Counted from the stretch's first letter, positions 40,115 to 50,854 are shown. The stretch: DNA of 64,000 nucleotides from Nitrosopumilus sp. (GCA_965224195.1 OZ245040.1:640001-704000); one strand, 5' to 3'. The notes: generated by a model not told the origin, from the sequence alone. Numbers and translations are program-made.

Positions 40115-40840
40115 ATGATGGCATCACGTGGTTATGATATGACACCTACCATGTATTCACCAGACGGTAGAATATACCAAGTCGAATACGCCATTGAGAC
40201 AGTAAAAAGAGGAACTTTAGCTATCGGTATCAGCAGTAAACAAGGCGTCATTATGGCAGTTGAAGAGAAACCTCGAACTTTACAAACTAGTAATGTTACT
40301 CAAAAAATATTTCAAGTAGATTATCACATAGGAGTTGCAGCAGCAGGATACATTCCAGATGCACGAGTTCAAGTTGATGGCGCACGATTTTTCTCACAAG
40401 GAAATAGAATGACATATGATGAATCTGTTGAAGTTGCAACAGTCGCTAAACATCTAGCAGATCAAGCTCATCAATTCACACAATATGGAGGAGTACGTCC
40501 AAATGGAGTTTCTATGATTATTGCAGGAATTGATCAAAAAGGCGAATCAATCTATGTAACAGATCCTAGTGGAACATATATCCAATTTTCAGCAATTGCA
40601 ATTGGAGCAGGTTCTGATGATGTAAATGCATTTTTAGAAAAACATTACAAAGATGATTTGAGTATAGAAGATGCAGCAGCATTAGCTATTGCAGCAATCA
40701 ATCTAAAGGCAGAAGCAAAAGATGGAGTGAACAACATAAAGATGGCAAAAATTACAACTGAATCTAAAATATTTGAGAAAGTTTCAGAATCTGATTTACA
40801 AAATTATTCTCAAAACGCATCAAAGTTTGCTCCAGAGTAA
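40115..40840 (+). CDS. psmA: Proteasome alpha subunit
   Basis: GYDMTPTMYSPDGRIYQVEYA. Confidence 0.97.
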   Translation: MMASRGYDMTPTMYSPDGRIYQVEYAIETVKRGTLAIGISSKQGVIMAVEEKPRTLQTSNVTQKIFQVDYHIGVAAAGYIPDARVQVDGARFFSQGNRMTYDESVEVATVAKHLADQAHQFTQYGGVRPNGVSMIIAGIDQKGESIYVTDPSGTYIQFSAIAIGAGSDDVNAFLEKHYKDDLSIEDAAALAIAAINLKAEAKDGVNNIKMAKITTESKIFEKVSESDLQNYSQNASKFAPE

Positions 40841-40889
40841 ACTCTTTGATTTGAAACCTATTCAAACTAGTATACTGAGACGATAGATT

Positions 40890-41579
40890 ATGGGCTTAGG
40901 AAGTTATTGGGGTGAAGTAATGGAAGTACTTCGAGAAATAATTCCAATTTATGATAAAGTTAATTCCATTATTTCATTAGGTAAGGATAAAGAGCACCGA
41001 ATTCGTGGAATCTCAAATAGAGTATTTCCAGGAAATAAAATTCTAGATGCAGGTTCAGGTTTTGGGAACATGTCAAAAACTGCTATGAACCTAACAGATG
41101 GAAAAATTTCAATTACACTGTATGATCCACTTGTACCAATGCTAAAAAATACAAGTACATTTTTTGAAGAATCCCCAGATATGGCAAATGGTGTTTTTGA
41201 ACACATCCCATTCAAAGACGGAGAGTTTGATGCAGTGTTATGTGGCTATTCATTAAGAGATGCAATTAATTTGAGAATTGCAATTTCTGAAATTCACAGA
41301 GTGTTGAAAAAAGATGGGAGATTTGTAATTGTGGATTTAGGAAAACCCGATGAAGCATTTTTCAGAGCAGGTGTTTCATTTTATCTAAGATGTATTCTAC
41401 CTATTCTTGCATTTGCAGCAGGAGGACGACTTGGATTAAAGTTTGGAACATTATATCGTACCTACAAAAGATGGCCACAAAATAAAAAACTGGAAGGATT
41501 AATTCTTGAAAAATTTTCAAGAGTAGAGTTTGAGAAAGATCTTATGGGTGGGGCAATAATGGTTGCAGCATACAAATGA
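40890..41579 (+). CDS. Class I SAM-dependent methyltransferase (UbiE/MenG-like)
   Basis: Motifs ILDAGSGFG, IPFKDGEFDAV and EIHRVLKKDGRF. Confidence 0.88.
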   Translation: MGLGSYWGEVMEVLREIIPIYDKVNSIISLGKDKEHRIRGISNRVFPGNKILDAGSGFGNMSKTAMNLTDGKISITLYDPLVPMLKNTSTFFEESPDMANGVFEHIPFKDGEFDAVLCGYSLRDAINLRIAISEIHRVLKKDGRFVIVDLGKPDEAFFRAGVSFYLRCILPILAFAAGGRLGLKFGTLYRTYKRWPQNKKLEGLILEKFSRVEFEKDLMGGAIMVAAYK

Positions 41580-42620
41580 ATAGAGTTCTGATACTAGTCA
41601 ACATCACAGGGTTAATCATTGGAATTTCGTATGGGTTACACGGTCCAATTCTACCAATATTTGCAAAAAATGTCATTGGTGCAACGTATTCCGAACTTGG
41701 TCTAATTGGATTAACCAATTTTATCCCTTACATGTTTATTCCACTTTTTGTAGGGATTCTACTTGATAGAATTAACAACGGATATTTGTTAGCTTTAGGT
41801 GCAGCCATAAATTCTGCATCAATTTATCTGCTATCCATTGCACAATCAGTTCCAGAAATAATGGGGTTTAGAATTATGACAGGTGTAGCTCATGCATTTT
41901 TCTGGCCACCGTGTGAAGCAATTATTTCAAATGAAAGTTCTAAAAAAACAGAGTAAAAAATATCTCATGGTTTACCATGTTTTTTGTAATTGGATTTATG
42001 ATAGGGCCATTACTGGGTACAGCATTACTTGAAGGCCTTGATGTCACATACAGGGTGCTATTCCAAATTGCAGCATTTATTCTCGCTGCTGCAATAATTA
42101 CTTCAGTTGTAGCCTCAAGAAAAAGCGAACAGAGTGACTGCACTGTACCTCAAGTAAAAGGCTGCAATAATTACTTCAGTTGTAGCCTCAAGAAAAAGAG
42201 TAAAAAAACATCACGAGAAATTTTCATTTTCATCAATTAAGAAAATGAAGAGATTTCCAGAAGTGGTAGTGTTGTTGATTTTCTGTACTTCATCGTTTGG
42301 AATAATTCTAACAATTTATCCGGCATTTCTCAATGATAATGGAATGTCTGCATCAGACATTTTGTTATTGTATTTTGTTTTTGGAATTTCGCGTGTTGTA
42401 TCTTTTGCATTAGCAGGAAAATTTGCAAGAAGTACTAGTCAAACTTTGATTGCAGGAACTATTGCAGTATCAGCAGGGCCATAGGGCCAACTATTGGAGA
42501 TCCCATTACACAATCATTTGGAAATGAAACACCGTATGTTGTGTTTTGTATCATAGGAATAAGAGTTACACTATTTGCAATAAGTGCTAGAAAGAAACTA
42601 GAACCACAAAGAATCTCAAA
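41576..42620 (+). pseudogene. MFS transporter, disrupted by a frameshift (~41945), a 73-bp duplication/insertion and an internal deletion (~42480)
   Basis: Consecutive TM-rich fragments, with motif-A-like GILLDRINN. Confidence 0.88.
42088..42198. repeat. Isolated repeat-spacer-repeat unit A (38-bp direct repeat, 35-bp insert)
   Basis: GCTGCAATAATTACTTCAGTTGTAGCCTCAAGAAAAAG at 42088-42125 and 42161-42198. Confidence 0.95.
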
Positions 42621-42750
42621 TTAGATATCCACCGTTCCACATTTTTTAGTCCAAGAATAATTCTCATATTGGATACTCAGTGATGAAATTGATTATTTAG
42701 GCGTAAATTTTGAACATTACGTTTAATTTCAATTTAATAAATATCAAAAC

Positions 42751-43098
42751 ATGTTTGATTATTCGCTAAATATCGGTGGTAGTGAATGGATGATAATTAT
42801 TTTTGTAGCATTGGTTTTGATATTAGGTACAGGGAAATTGCCAGGGGCGGCTAGAAAAATTGGAAAAGCAGTAAATGAATACAATAAAGCCAAAAATGAA
42901 ATTCAAGAGCAAATAAAAGATGTCACAGATGAAGTTCCCAAAATTTCAGGGCCTGTTGAAACAGAACGAGAAAAGTTAGAGATGATTGCAAAATCAGCTG
43001 GAGTAAAAACGGAAGGTAAAACAGATGATGAGATAGGAGAAAGCATTGCATCAAAAATTGGTCAAAAAAGAACGGATGAATCTGAAAAAAAAGAATAG
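42751..43098 (+). CDS. tatA: Twin-arginine translocase TatA/E subunit
   Basis: IGGSEW..I...AL.L.LG..KLP.AARKIGKA..EY.KA. Confidence 0.88.
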   Translation: MFDYSLNIGGSEWMIIIFVALVLILGTGKLPGAARKIGKAVNEYNKAKNEIQEQIKDVTDEVPKISGPVETEREKLEMIAKSAGVKTEGKTDDEIGESIASKIGQKRTDESEKKE

Positions 43099-43099
43099 T

Positions 43100-43876
43100 T
43101 TATTTTGATTTTTTAATTCTATAGATATCCGTATCCAATCGTTTTTTTGCAAATTTGTAATAGTCTGGAACTATTTCAAAACCAAGAAATTTTCTTTTTA
43201 GAGATTTACTAATCACTGCAACTTGACCAGAACCAAGAAATGGATCAAATACCAAATCATTTTTTTCACTAGAATACTCCAACAGTTTTTTAATAATTTC
43301 TGCAGGAAGTTTTGTTGGTGTTTTTTCATCGCCTGTCCAATATTCTCTTTTAATATCCCAGACATCTTCCTTATCTCTATAATGAAGACTCTTACCATCT
43401 TTTGTTTTTTCATCTTTTTTGAACCTAGAAAAAGGGAAAAATTTTCGTTTCTTATCATCTTTGCAAACATAAAGACAGTGATAGTGAGAAGTAACAAATT
43501 TCCTTTTAGTAACTACTCCAAACTGATATTTCCAAATAACATGATTTACAGTCGTAAATCCAATATCGTCTAATGCACGTAAGATATCTTTGAGATTATT
43601 CCAACCTGAAAAAATATACATGCTACCAGAATCCTTTAAAATTCTAAAGATTTCACTCATCCATGCAAATGTGAAATCATAATAATCCTCAGGTTTGATT
43701 TCATTATATCCAGATAACACACTAGAAGAAGTTCGGTTATAATTTGCCTTTTTAGCCTTGAAATTTATTGCAAATGGAGGATCAGTAATTACAAGATCAA
43801 TTTTATTTTTGGGGATTAATTTCATCCCTTCAATACAATTTTGATTGTAAATTTTGTTAATTTCTATTTTTTTCAT
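43100..43876 (-). CDS. Solitary N4/N6 DNA methyltransferase (beta class)
   Basis: DPPF precedes PTKLP and DPFLGSG; no adjacent endonuclease. Confidence 0.92.
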   Translation of the reverse strand: MKKIEINKIYNQNCIEGMKLIPKNKIDLVITDPPFAINFKAKKANYNRTSSSVLSGYNEIKPEDYYDFTFAWMSEIFRILKDSGSMYIFSGWNNLKDILRALDDIGFTTVNHVIWKYQFGVVTKRKFVTSHYHCLYVCKDDKKRKFFPFSRFKKDEKTKDGKSLHYRDKEDVWDIKREYWTGDEKTPTKLPAEIIKKLLEYSSEKNDLVFDPFLGSGQVAVISKSLKRKFLGFEIVPDYYKFAKKRLDTDIYRIKKSK

Positions 43877-43970
43877 TTTTAAATTTAAAATTCTCTTCTA
43901 GCTTAATAATGTCGTGGGTCATAGTACCTATCAAACAATAAATCATCAATAATCCCTTATCAAATAGATC

Positions 43971-46481
43971 TTGAAGTTCTCTTGTCCAAAATGTAAATCA
44001 AAAATTGGTATTCAAAAAACATTCAACAAAAAAATGCATGTTTCTTGTGAAAAATGTGGATTAGAAGATCTGTTAGAGTTTTCAAAAAATGCTGATGAAG
44101 TATTTCTAGAGTTTCTTTCAAGATTTGACAAAGGACTAGTAACTGAAGGAGGGTTATCTGAAGGTCTCAAAGATGAGGGAATTGTGAGGAGAGAAAATGA
44201 AATCAAAGAGATGATAGGCAAAAACAACCCAGATAAAATAACTGAAGAAATTCTGTTTTCAAAAAAAGACTATATTTCACAATACAAGGTTTTGAGTAAT
44301 CCTGAGCCTAAAATGGGCTGTAAAGTAGAAGAATTAGGACTAGATGAATCAATAACTGAACATCTCAAGGAACTAGGAATTGATCAATTTTACAAATTTC
44401 AAGAAGAGGCCATTGAAGAAATTACATTTGGGGAAAATGTTATCATTGAAGCACCCACAGCATCTGGAAAAACAGAAGCATTTTTGATTCCAGTGATTCA
44501 AAGAATAAAAAAAGATGCAAATTATGGGAATGTTTTTGCAATTTTTGTATATCCCACAAAAGCACTAGCTCGTGATCAATATCCAAAAATTCAAAAATTT
44601 GCAGAAAAAATAGGAGTAGATGTCAAAGTCTTTGACGGGGATACAAAACAAGAAGAGCGAAGAGAAATAATTGATAATCCACCTCAAATTCTAATTACAA
44701 ATTTTGATGTTTTACATTATCATATGTGGCATCAAACAAAATTTTCTTCATTGTTATCTTCTACTAGAATTCTCATCACAGATGAGGCGCACGTATATTC
44801 AGGTATTTTTGGAACAAATGTCCATTATATCATAAAAAGACTGAAGCGAATTTGCACCAATAAATTACAATTTGTAGCAGCATCAGCAACTCTTGATGAT
44901 GCAAAAGAATTCTGCCAAAAGTTGTTTGGAGAAAAAATGCAAAAAATTCAAGGTTCAGGTAAAAAAGGAAAAACAGACTTTGTGATGCTTTTCCCATCAC
45001 TGCGAACACAAAGAGCCCTGATGGTAGAGCTGACAAAGAAATTAACTCAAAAAAATCACAAGACAATGGTTTTCAATAATTCACATCTAAATTCAGAACT
45101 TTTGGCAATGCAAGCCAAAAAACAAAAAGTGAACATCAAAGTTCACAGAGCTGGACTAGTGGCAAATTACAGAACATCAGTTGAAAAACAATTCAAAGAA
45201 GACCAATTACAGGCAATCTCATGCACCCCCACGCTGGAATTAGGCATAGATGTGGGCAATGTAGATTGTGTCATATCATCAACCATTCCAGTAAACAGAC
45301 TAATTCAAAGAATAGGGAGAGCAGCTAGAAAAGGTCAGAGAGGCTATGCATTTTTAGCTTTAGGGAATGACCCTATATCACAATATTACAAGAATCATCC
45401 TGATGATTATTTTGAAGATACTGAGAAAACATACATCGACCCCAAGAATCCATTTGTAGAAGAATTTCAAATTTTGGCAATGGCATGCGATAGACCCATT
45501 TCAAAACATGAATTAAAGGAACATCAAGAAGTAATAGAACAGCACATAATTAATGAAAATCTAAAAGAATCCACTAATAGAATCATTCCAAATTTTGATA
45601 AAATCAATTCCATGTTGAGTGAATACAGTATTAGAGGAATTGGTAATTCAATTGATATTTTCTTAGATGGGAAAAAAGTAGGAGACAGAGTATTGCCAAT
45701 TGCACTAGAAGAACTACACAAAGATGCAATCTATTTTCTAGCAGGTATTCGTTACAAGGTAAAGAAATTTGATTATCCAGAAAAAAACTATGCAAAACTA
45801 GAAAGAATTCCAAGAGATTATCCATACTATACAAAATCATTAACAGAAGAATGGCCTACAATTGAAACAGTTTATGAAAGAAGAAAAGCAAACGGTATTG
45901 AAATTGCATTTTGTAAATTACATATTGAAAAAAAGGTATATGGTTATGTCAATATAGAATTAGGACAAGAAATAACACAGGGAGAAAAAGTTCAACTAGA
46001 TTCTCCATTAGAATATGATTTTGTTACCAAAGGAATCGTATTTCATGCACCAAGACCTCTCAAAGTAATTGAAGAATCAGAAGATGAGGAATATACAGAA
46101 GCTAGTGGATACCATGCTACAGAACACGTTGTAATTGAAGGGAGCAATATGATTACAGGTGGAGTTTCCCAGGATTTAGGAGGCATATCATTAGGCACAT
46201 CAGGCTTGATTTTCATCTACGATGGGGCTATTGGTGGAAGTGGTGCAAGTAAAGCCCTCTATGACAGATTTGAAAAAGCACTTGAAAGAAGTATGTTCAT
46301 AGTAAAAGAATGTCCGTGCAAAAATGAATCTGGATGTCCAAGATGTACTTTCTCATATAGATGTGGAAATAACAATGAATATCTACACAAATATTCAGCA
46401 TTAGAGATTCTTAAAAGAATCAATGATGGTGAAGAAACGGTATTAATTGATCCTACTGAAGGAGATAAACCTCTAGTATAA
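43971..46481 (+). CDS. DEAH-box helicase with DUF1998 Zn domain (MrfA/Hrq1-like)
   Basis: Motifs PTASGKT, DEAH, SAT, LELGID.G, QRIGRAAR and C-terminal CPC...GCPRC. Confidence 0.92.
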   Translation: MKFSCPKCKSKIGIQKTFNKKMHVSCEKCGLEDLLEFSKNADEVFLEFLSRFDKGLVTEGGLSEGLKDEGIVRRENEIKEMIGKNNPDKITEEILFSKKDYISQYKVLSNPEPKMGCKVEELGLDESITEHLKELGIDQFYKFQEEAIEEITFGENVIIEAPTASGKTEAFLIPVIQRIKKDANYGNVFAIFVYPTKALARDQYPKIQKFAEKIGVDVKVFDGDTKQEERREIIDNPPQILITNFDVLHYHMWHQTKFSSLLSSTRILITDEAHVYSGIFGTNVHYIIKRLKRICTNKLQFVAASATLDDAKEFCQKLFGEKMQKIQGSGKKGKTDFVMLFPSLRTQRALMVELTKKLTQKNHKTMVFNNSHLNSELLAMQAKKQKVNIKVHRAGLVANYRTSVEKQFKEDQLQAISCTPTLELGIDVGNVDCVISSTIPVNRLIQRIGRAARKGQRGYAFLALGNDPISQYYKNHPDDYFEDTEKTYIDPKNPFVEEFQILAMACDRPISKHELKEHQEVIEQHIINENLKESTNRIIPNFDKINSMLSEYSIRGIGNSIDIFLDGKKVGDRVLPIALEELHKDAIYFLAGIRYKVKKFDYPEKNYAKLERIPRDYPYYTKSLTEEWPTIETVYERRKANGIEIAFCKLHIEKKVYGYVNIELGQEITQGEKVQLDSPLEYDFVTKGIVFHAPRPLKVIEESEDEEYTEASGYHATEHVVIEGSNMITGGVSQDLGGISLGTSGLIFIYDGAIGGSGASKALYDRFEKALERSMFIVKECPCKNESGCPRCTFSYRCGNNNEYLHKYSALEILKRINDGEETVLIDPTEGDKPLV

Positions 46482-46523
46482 CTAATCAAAATGGGATAAA
46501 TATAACAAGAATTTAGAATCATC

Positions 46524-47351
46524 ATGGAAAAAGTAGCTCTTGTTACGGGCAGTTCATCAGGAATTGGATTAGAAACAGCATTATCATTAGCAAGAGATGG
46601 ATATTACACATTTGCCAGTATGAGAAATGTTGGAAAAGCAGGTGAATTAGAACATGCAGCAAAAAAAGAGAATCTTCCAGTTGAAATTATAGAATTAGAT
46701 GTTGATAAAGAAGAATCAATCATTTCTGCAGTCAAAAAAGTTGTTACAAAAAATGGAAGATTAGATGTACTGGTTAACAATGCAGGATATGGTCAATTTG
46801 GATGTACAGAAGATCTAACAATAAATGATTTTAGAAAACAATTTGAAACAAATTTTTTCAGCATTGTGAGAATTATTCAAGAGATTGCCCCAATAATGAG
46901 GAAACAGAATTCAGGCAGTATAATTAACATTAGTTCAGTAGTAGGGAGAATGGGATTACCAGGTTCTCCAGCTTACATTAGTTCAAAATTTGCATTAGAA
47001 GGACTAGGAGAATGTTTGAGATATGAATTAGGTCAATTCGGAATTAAAACTACAATGATTGAACCAGGAGTTATCAAAACTAATTTTTTCAATTCAATGA
47101 AAGTTCCAGAATCAAAGATTGATCCAAAATACAAGACATTAACTGATAATATTTTAGCAGGTCTCAAAATGATGGTAGAAATGGGAACTGCTCCGTCTCA
47201 AGTTGCAGATGTAGTAATGAAGGCAATTCATGATGATGAAATGTTGCCACGATATGTTGTAGGTACGGACGCTGCCATGTTCATGGAGGCAAAAGACAGT
47301 AAAACAGACCTAGAATTTGAGAAATACATGAGTAAAGAGCTATTTCCTTAG
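46524..47351 (+). CDS. Short-chain dehydrogenase/reductase
   Basis: Motifs TGSSSGIG, NNAG and YISSK. Confidence 0.93.
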   Translation: MEKVALVTGSSSGIGLETALSLARDGYYTFASMRNVGKAGELEHAAKKENLPVEIIELDVDKEESIISAVKKVVTKNGRLDVLVNNAGYGQFGCTEDLTINDFRKQFETNFFSIVRIIQEIAPIMRKQNSGSIINISSVVGRMGLPGSPAYISSKFALEGLGECLRYELGQFGIKTTMIEPGVIKTNFFNSMKVPESKIDPKYKTLTDNILAGLKMMVEMGTAPSQVADVVMKAIHDDEMLPRYVVGTDAAMFMEAKDSKTDLEFEKYMSKELFP

Positions 47352-47426
47352 ATTACATCGTACGCTAAATTGATATACAGATAAAGTAGAATTTCATCAA
47401 AGTCCACAATTTTAAGATGAAATGAT

Positions 47427-49079
47427 ATGAAATGGAAAACTCTACAACACAATGGAATCTTATTCCCAGCTGCATATGAGGCCCAAGGAATTAAGATAAA
47501 AATCAAAGGGGAGACTGTAAATCTCAATTTAACCCAAGAAGAAATGGTGTATCAATGGGCCAAAAAGAAAGACACACCATATGCTCAAGATAAAGTATTT
47601 CAGAAAAATTTTACAAATGATTTTGCCAAAGAACTAAAAATTAAAAAATTATCTTATGAAGATATTGATTTTTCAAACGCTTACAAAATAATTGACAAAG
47701 AAAAAGATCTCAAAGAGATGATGAGTAAGGAGGATAAAAAATCCCTTGCTGCAAAAAGAAAAGAATTACGAGAAAAACTGAAAACAAAATATGGAATTGC
47801 CATCATGGATGGAAAAGAAGTCGAGATGGGGAATTACATGGCAGAACCTCCAGGTATTTTCATAGGTAGAGGGGAGCATCCACTCAGAGGAAAATGGAAA
47901 CCCCCTGTTACTTCAAAAGATGTAACTCTGAATATGGATAAAGAAGCAAAAAAATCGATGAAAGGGGAATGGAAGAAAATAATACATGATAATGATTCAA
48001 TGTGGCTTGCAAGTTGGATGGATTTTCTTACACAGAAAAGAAAGTATGTGTGGCTCGCAGATAGTTCGGATCTGAAACAAGGCAGAGACAAAGAAAAGTA
48101 CGAGAAAGCTATCAAGCTTGAAAAAGAAATTGAAAAAATCAAAAAAGCAATGGTCAAAGATATGAAAGACACAAAAAAGAGTAATGTTGCTACTGCATGT
48201 TATTTAATTTATAGGACAGCAATGAGAGTAGGAGACGAAAAAGATCCAGATGAGGCAGATACTGTAGGTGCTACAACCCTAAGAAAAGAACACATCAAGA
48301 TTACTACAGATACAATAGAGTTTGACTTTTTAGGAAAAGATAGTGTAAGATGGCAAGAAACTCTAAAGGCAATTGGTGACGACAAACAATTTCAAGAAAA
48401 TCTCAAAAAATTAATTGAAAAGAAAAAACCAAGTGAGGAGATTTTCCACACCATTACATCTAGAAACGTGAACAAGTATTTTTCAGGAATTGTAAAGGGA
48501 TTAACTGCCAAAGTGTTTAGAACATTCCAAGCAACAACAGTTGTCAAAGACTATCTTGTAAAGCATGATAATATGAAGGGAAAATCTGCAACTGAAAAAA
48601 TATACCATGCAAAATTGGCAAATCTTGAAGCTGCAATGATGTGTAATCATAAAAGAACCATTCCAAAAACATTTGAGCAATCATTACAAAAGAAAAGAGA
48701 TACTCTCAAAAAAGTAGGAAAAGAACAAGTTTGGAAAAAAACCCAAGAAACTCTCAAAAAAGTAGAATCAAGTACTCCTAAAACAGATACTCAAAGGAAA
48801 AGTAAAGTAAAAAGAGTCAAGACATTAAATGAACAAATTAAAAAACAAAAAGTCAAGCAAAAAGAAAGAGTAGAAAAACTAGAATTACAAATTGACTTGT
48901 CTGAAAAAACTAAAGACTACAACATTGGTACATCATTAAGAAATTACATTGATCCTCGTGTTTTCAAAGCCTGGACTGACGAAGTTGGTGCAGAATGGGA
49001 AAAATTGTATACCTCTGCATTACAAAAGAAATTCCTATGGGTTAAAAATGAAAATATCCTCTGGAAGGATATAAAGTAA
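47427..49079 (+). CDS. DNA topoisomerase IB (eukaryote-like, thaumarchaeal)
   Basis: Motifs KWKTLQHNG, GRGEHP.RGKWK, MRVGDEK, FLGKDS, AKVFRT, CNH and GTSLRNYIDPR. Confidence 0.96.
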   Translation: MKWKTLQHNGILFPAAYEAQGIKIKIKGETVNLNLTQEEMVYQWAKKKDTPYAQDKVFQKNFTNDFAKELKIKKLSYEDIDFSNAYKIIDKEKDLKEMMSKEDKKSLAAKRKELREKLKTKYGIAIMDGKEVEMGNYMAEPPGIFIGRGEHPLRGKWKPPVTSKDVTLNMDKEAKKSMKGEWKKIIHDNDSMWLASWMDFLTQKRKYVWLADSSDLKQGRDKEKYEKAIKLEKEIEKIKKAMVKDMKDTKKSNVATACYLIYRTAMRVGDEKDPDEADTVGATTLRKEHIKITTDTIEFDFLGKDSVRWQETLKAIGDDKQFQENLKKLIEKKKPSEEIFHTITSRNVNKYFSGIVKGLTAKVFRTFQATTVVKDYLVKHDNMKGKSATEKIYHAKLANLEAAMMCNHKRTIPKTFEQSLQKKRDTLKKVGKEQVWKKTQETLKKVESSTPKTDTQRKSKVKRVKTLNEQIKKQKVKQKERVEKLELQIDLSEKTKDYNIGTSLRNYIDPRVFKAWTDEVGAEWEKLYTSALQKKFLWVKNENILWKDIK

Positions 49080-49122
49080 AATTAGAATCATTTAATTTCC
49101 CAAATTTTCGACCTAACATCAT

Positions 49123-49237
49123 GCCGGGGTAGCTCAGCCTGGTTAGAGTGCCAGTTCAATTGGTAAACTCTAACGGTTCTCCAACTAAGGCAATACTCAT
49201 AATCTGGAGGTCGCGAGTTCGAAACTCGCCCCCGGCA
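49123..49237 (+). tRNA. tRNA-Met(CAT), probably elongator, with 40-nt intron at non-canonical position 30/31 (49155-49194)
   Basis: Acceptor GCCGGGG/CCCCGGC. After splicing the anticodon arm reads CCAGA-CT-CAT-AA-TCTGG. A BHB motif has central helix TGCC/GGCA with bulges AGT and ATA. Confidence 0.88.
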
Positions 49238-49345
49238 CACATTAATCTCAAATTAAAGATTGGATACCGTACTAGTCACCAAACTATGCAGAACTAGGCA
49301 ATTTTTTACGGTGTCAAACCCAAAGTTCAACACCCTTTGTGAGAA

Positions 49346-49754
49346 TTAAATGGCTCCAGATTTAACATTAAATTGTTCATTCCATTTGTTTGACCATTTG
49401 TTTGCACAATATCCTGTAAATATTGAAAATATTGTTGTAATCATTGATGGAATAACCAACATTACTGGCAATACTGCAAATATCAACATCATTGAGCTTA
49501 TCGATAATCCTATAATCAGAGGAGTAATTCTCAGGGTTTTACCAATTCGTACAAACGGAATAAGTATCAAAAACGGCAAAATCCCATGCAATATGAAACG
49601 TTCAGTTACATACCACAATCCTCCTGCAATTATTTCTAATTCTACTAATGATATATACAAAACAAAACTAATAAGATGAAAGCGCACATAGCCCAAATGT
49701 CAGAATTGTCTGTTGTGTTGGACTGACACTTTTTTTAGATTCAAATATTTTCAT
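49346..49754 (-). pseudogene. Membrane protein, probably frameshifted near its 5' end
   Basis: TM-rich ORF 49346..49696; a plausible N-terminus (MKIFESKKSVSP..Q.IL) lies upstream in another frame. Confidence 0.45.
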
Positions 49755-50121
49755 TTAAACACCTAATTCTTTCATTGTATTCCATTCCAAAAAATTTAGA
49801 GATTGTAGCTTGCCAACAATCAAGCATCCCTATTATGAAAAGCACAAAAATTACAAAGCCAATCAAGAATATAGCATACACAATTTTCCATTTCCTCTCT
49901 CTTTTTTTATGAGTTATTGGCAAAAAGACAATATTCATAAAATAAAATAACCACATACCAATCATTGCAATATTTTGAGTTGCTGCAGAAATGGTTCGCT
50001 CCAGACTTGTTTGCCACATTATCATAGGTAAAATCGTAAAGTATACTGCCCCAATACTTAGAAATCCCACTATTACTATATTGATTAAAAATAAAATGTT
50101 GATATTGTAACTAGTGTTCAT
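49741..50121 (-). CDS. Membrane protein
   Basis: 126 aa with three TM segments. Confidence 0.65.
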   Translation of the reverse strand: MNTSYNINILFLINIVIVGFLSIGAVYFTILPMIMWQTSLERTISAATQNIAMIGMWLFYFMNIVFLPITHKKRERKWKIVYAIFLIGFVIFVLFIIGMLDCWQATISKFFGMEYNERIRCLNENI

Positions 50122-50854
50122 TTTTCTTCTTATCTAATCTTTTTTTAATTGCATATAAGATAATAAAAAATACAATCAAAATTGCACCCAATCCCTCAAT
50201 AATTATAGCAGTAAATGTTCCTAGCATAGTAAAAGTTTCACCAGTCTTAGAGGTAACTGGCTATGATTTATCATGGGTATCAACTGGTAAAGGTTCCTAG
50301 CATAGTAAAAATTTCACCAGTCTGCAAGGATTGTCTATTAAAAATAGAATCATCAATTCGAATATTAGAATTAGATTCTCTAAAATCAAGAGGTTTTGGA
50401 GATTCTGAAACACAAAATCCATTTCTGATCATCATATGTTTTTCACATGAGGTTTTACATTCAAACTAAACATGACAATTGTTGCAACATGATCATCTGA
50501 TTTTTTGGTACTAATTGGATATGGACTTGCATCAAGTAAAATAATTTTGTATGGAGAAAAGAATGTGTATGAATCAGTAGGCATGAAATCAACTGTTTTT
50601 GAATGAATTTGATTTTGAACTTGAATCATAGCAGTTACTTGTCCTCCCCAAACACAAGTAACATCAGAAGGACAACGTGAATCATCTACATCATAAAAAG
50701 TAAATTTAAGATCATCTACATGGATAGTCTGTCCAAGGTGTAATTTGATTTCCTTTTCTGCAAAAGATTCGTTTACCATACTAGTTGAAATTAAAACTGA
50801 AAACACAACTAAAATTATCAAATAATAACTAGTTTTCATTCTATATTTCTCCAT
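50110..50854 (-). pseudogene. Secreted/membrane-anchored protein (DSRCPSDV.CVW.G motif), frameshifted at ~50450 and interrupted by a 76-bp duplication/insertion
   Basis: N-terminal ORF 50432..50854. The downstream frame ...QSLQTGEIFTMLGTF is interrupted and resumes as ...GTFTAIIIEGLGAILIVFFIILYAIKKR. Confidence 0.7.
50211..50322. repeat. Isolated repeat-spacer-repeat unit B (36-bp direct repeat with 2 mismatches, 40-bp insert)
   Basis: Repeats at 50211-50246 and 50287-50322. The first 36 bp of the insert equal 31077-31112. Confidence 0.93.

Noticed and set aside
43100-46481. DNA methyltransferase next to a DUF1998 helicase as a DISARM/Druantia-like defence system
   Set aside because: The genes are divergent, sit in housekeeping context, and lack other system components.
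47427-49079. Eukaryote-like topoisomerase IB in an archaeon
   Set aside because: An established hallmark of Thaumarchaeota, not novel.
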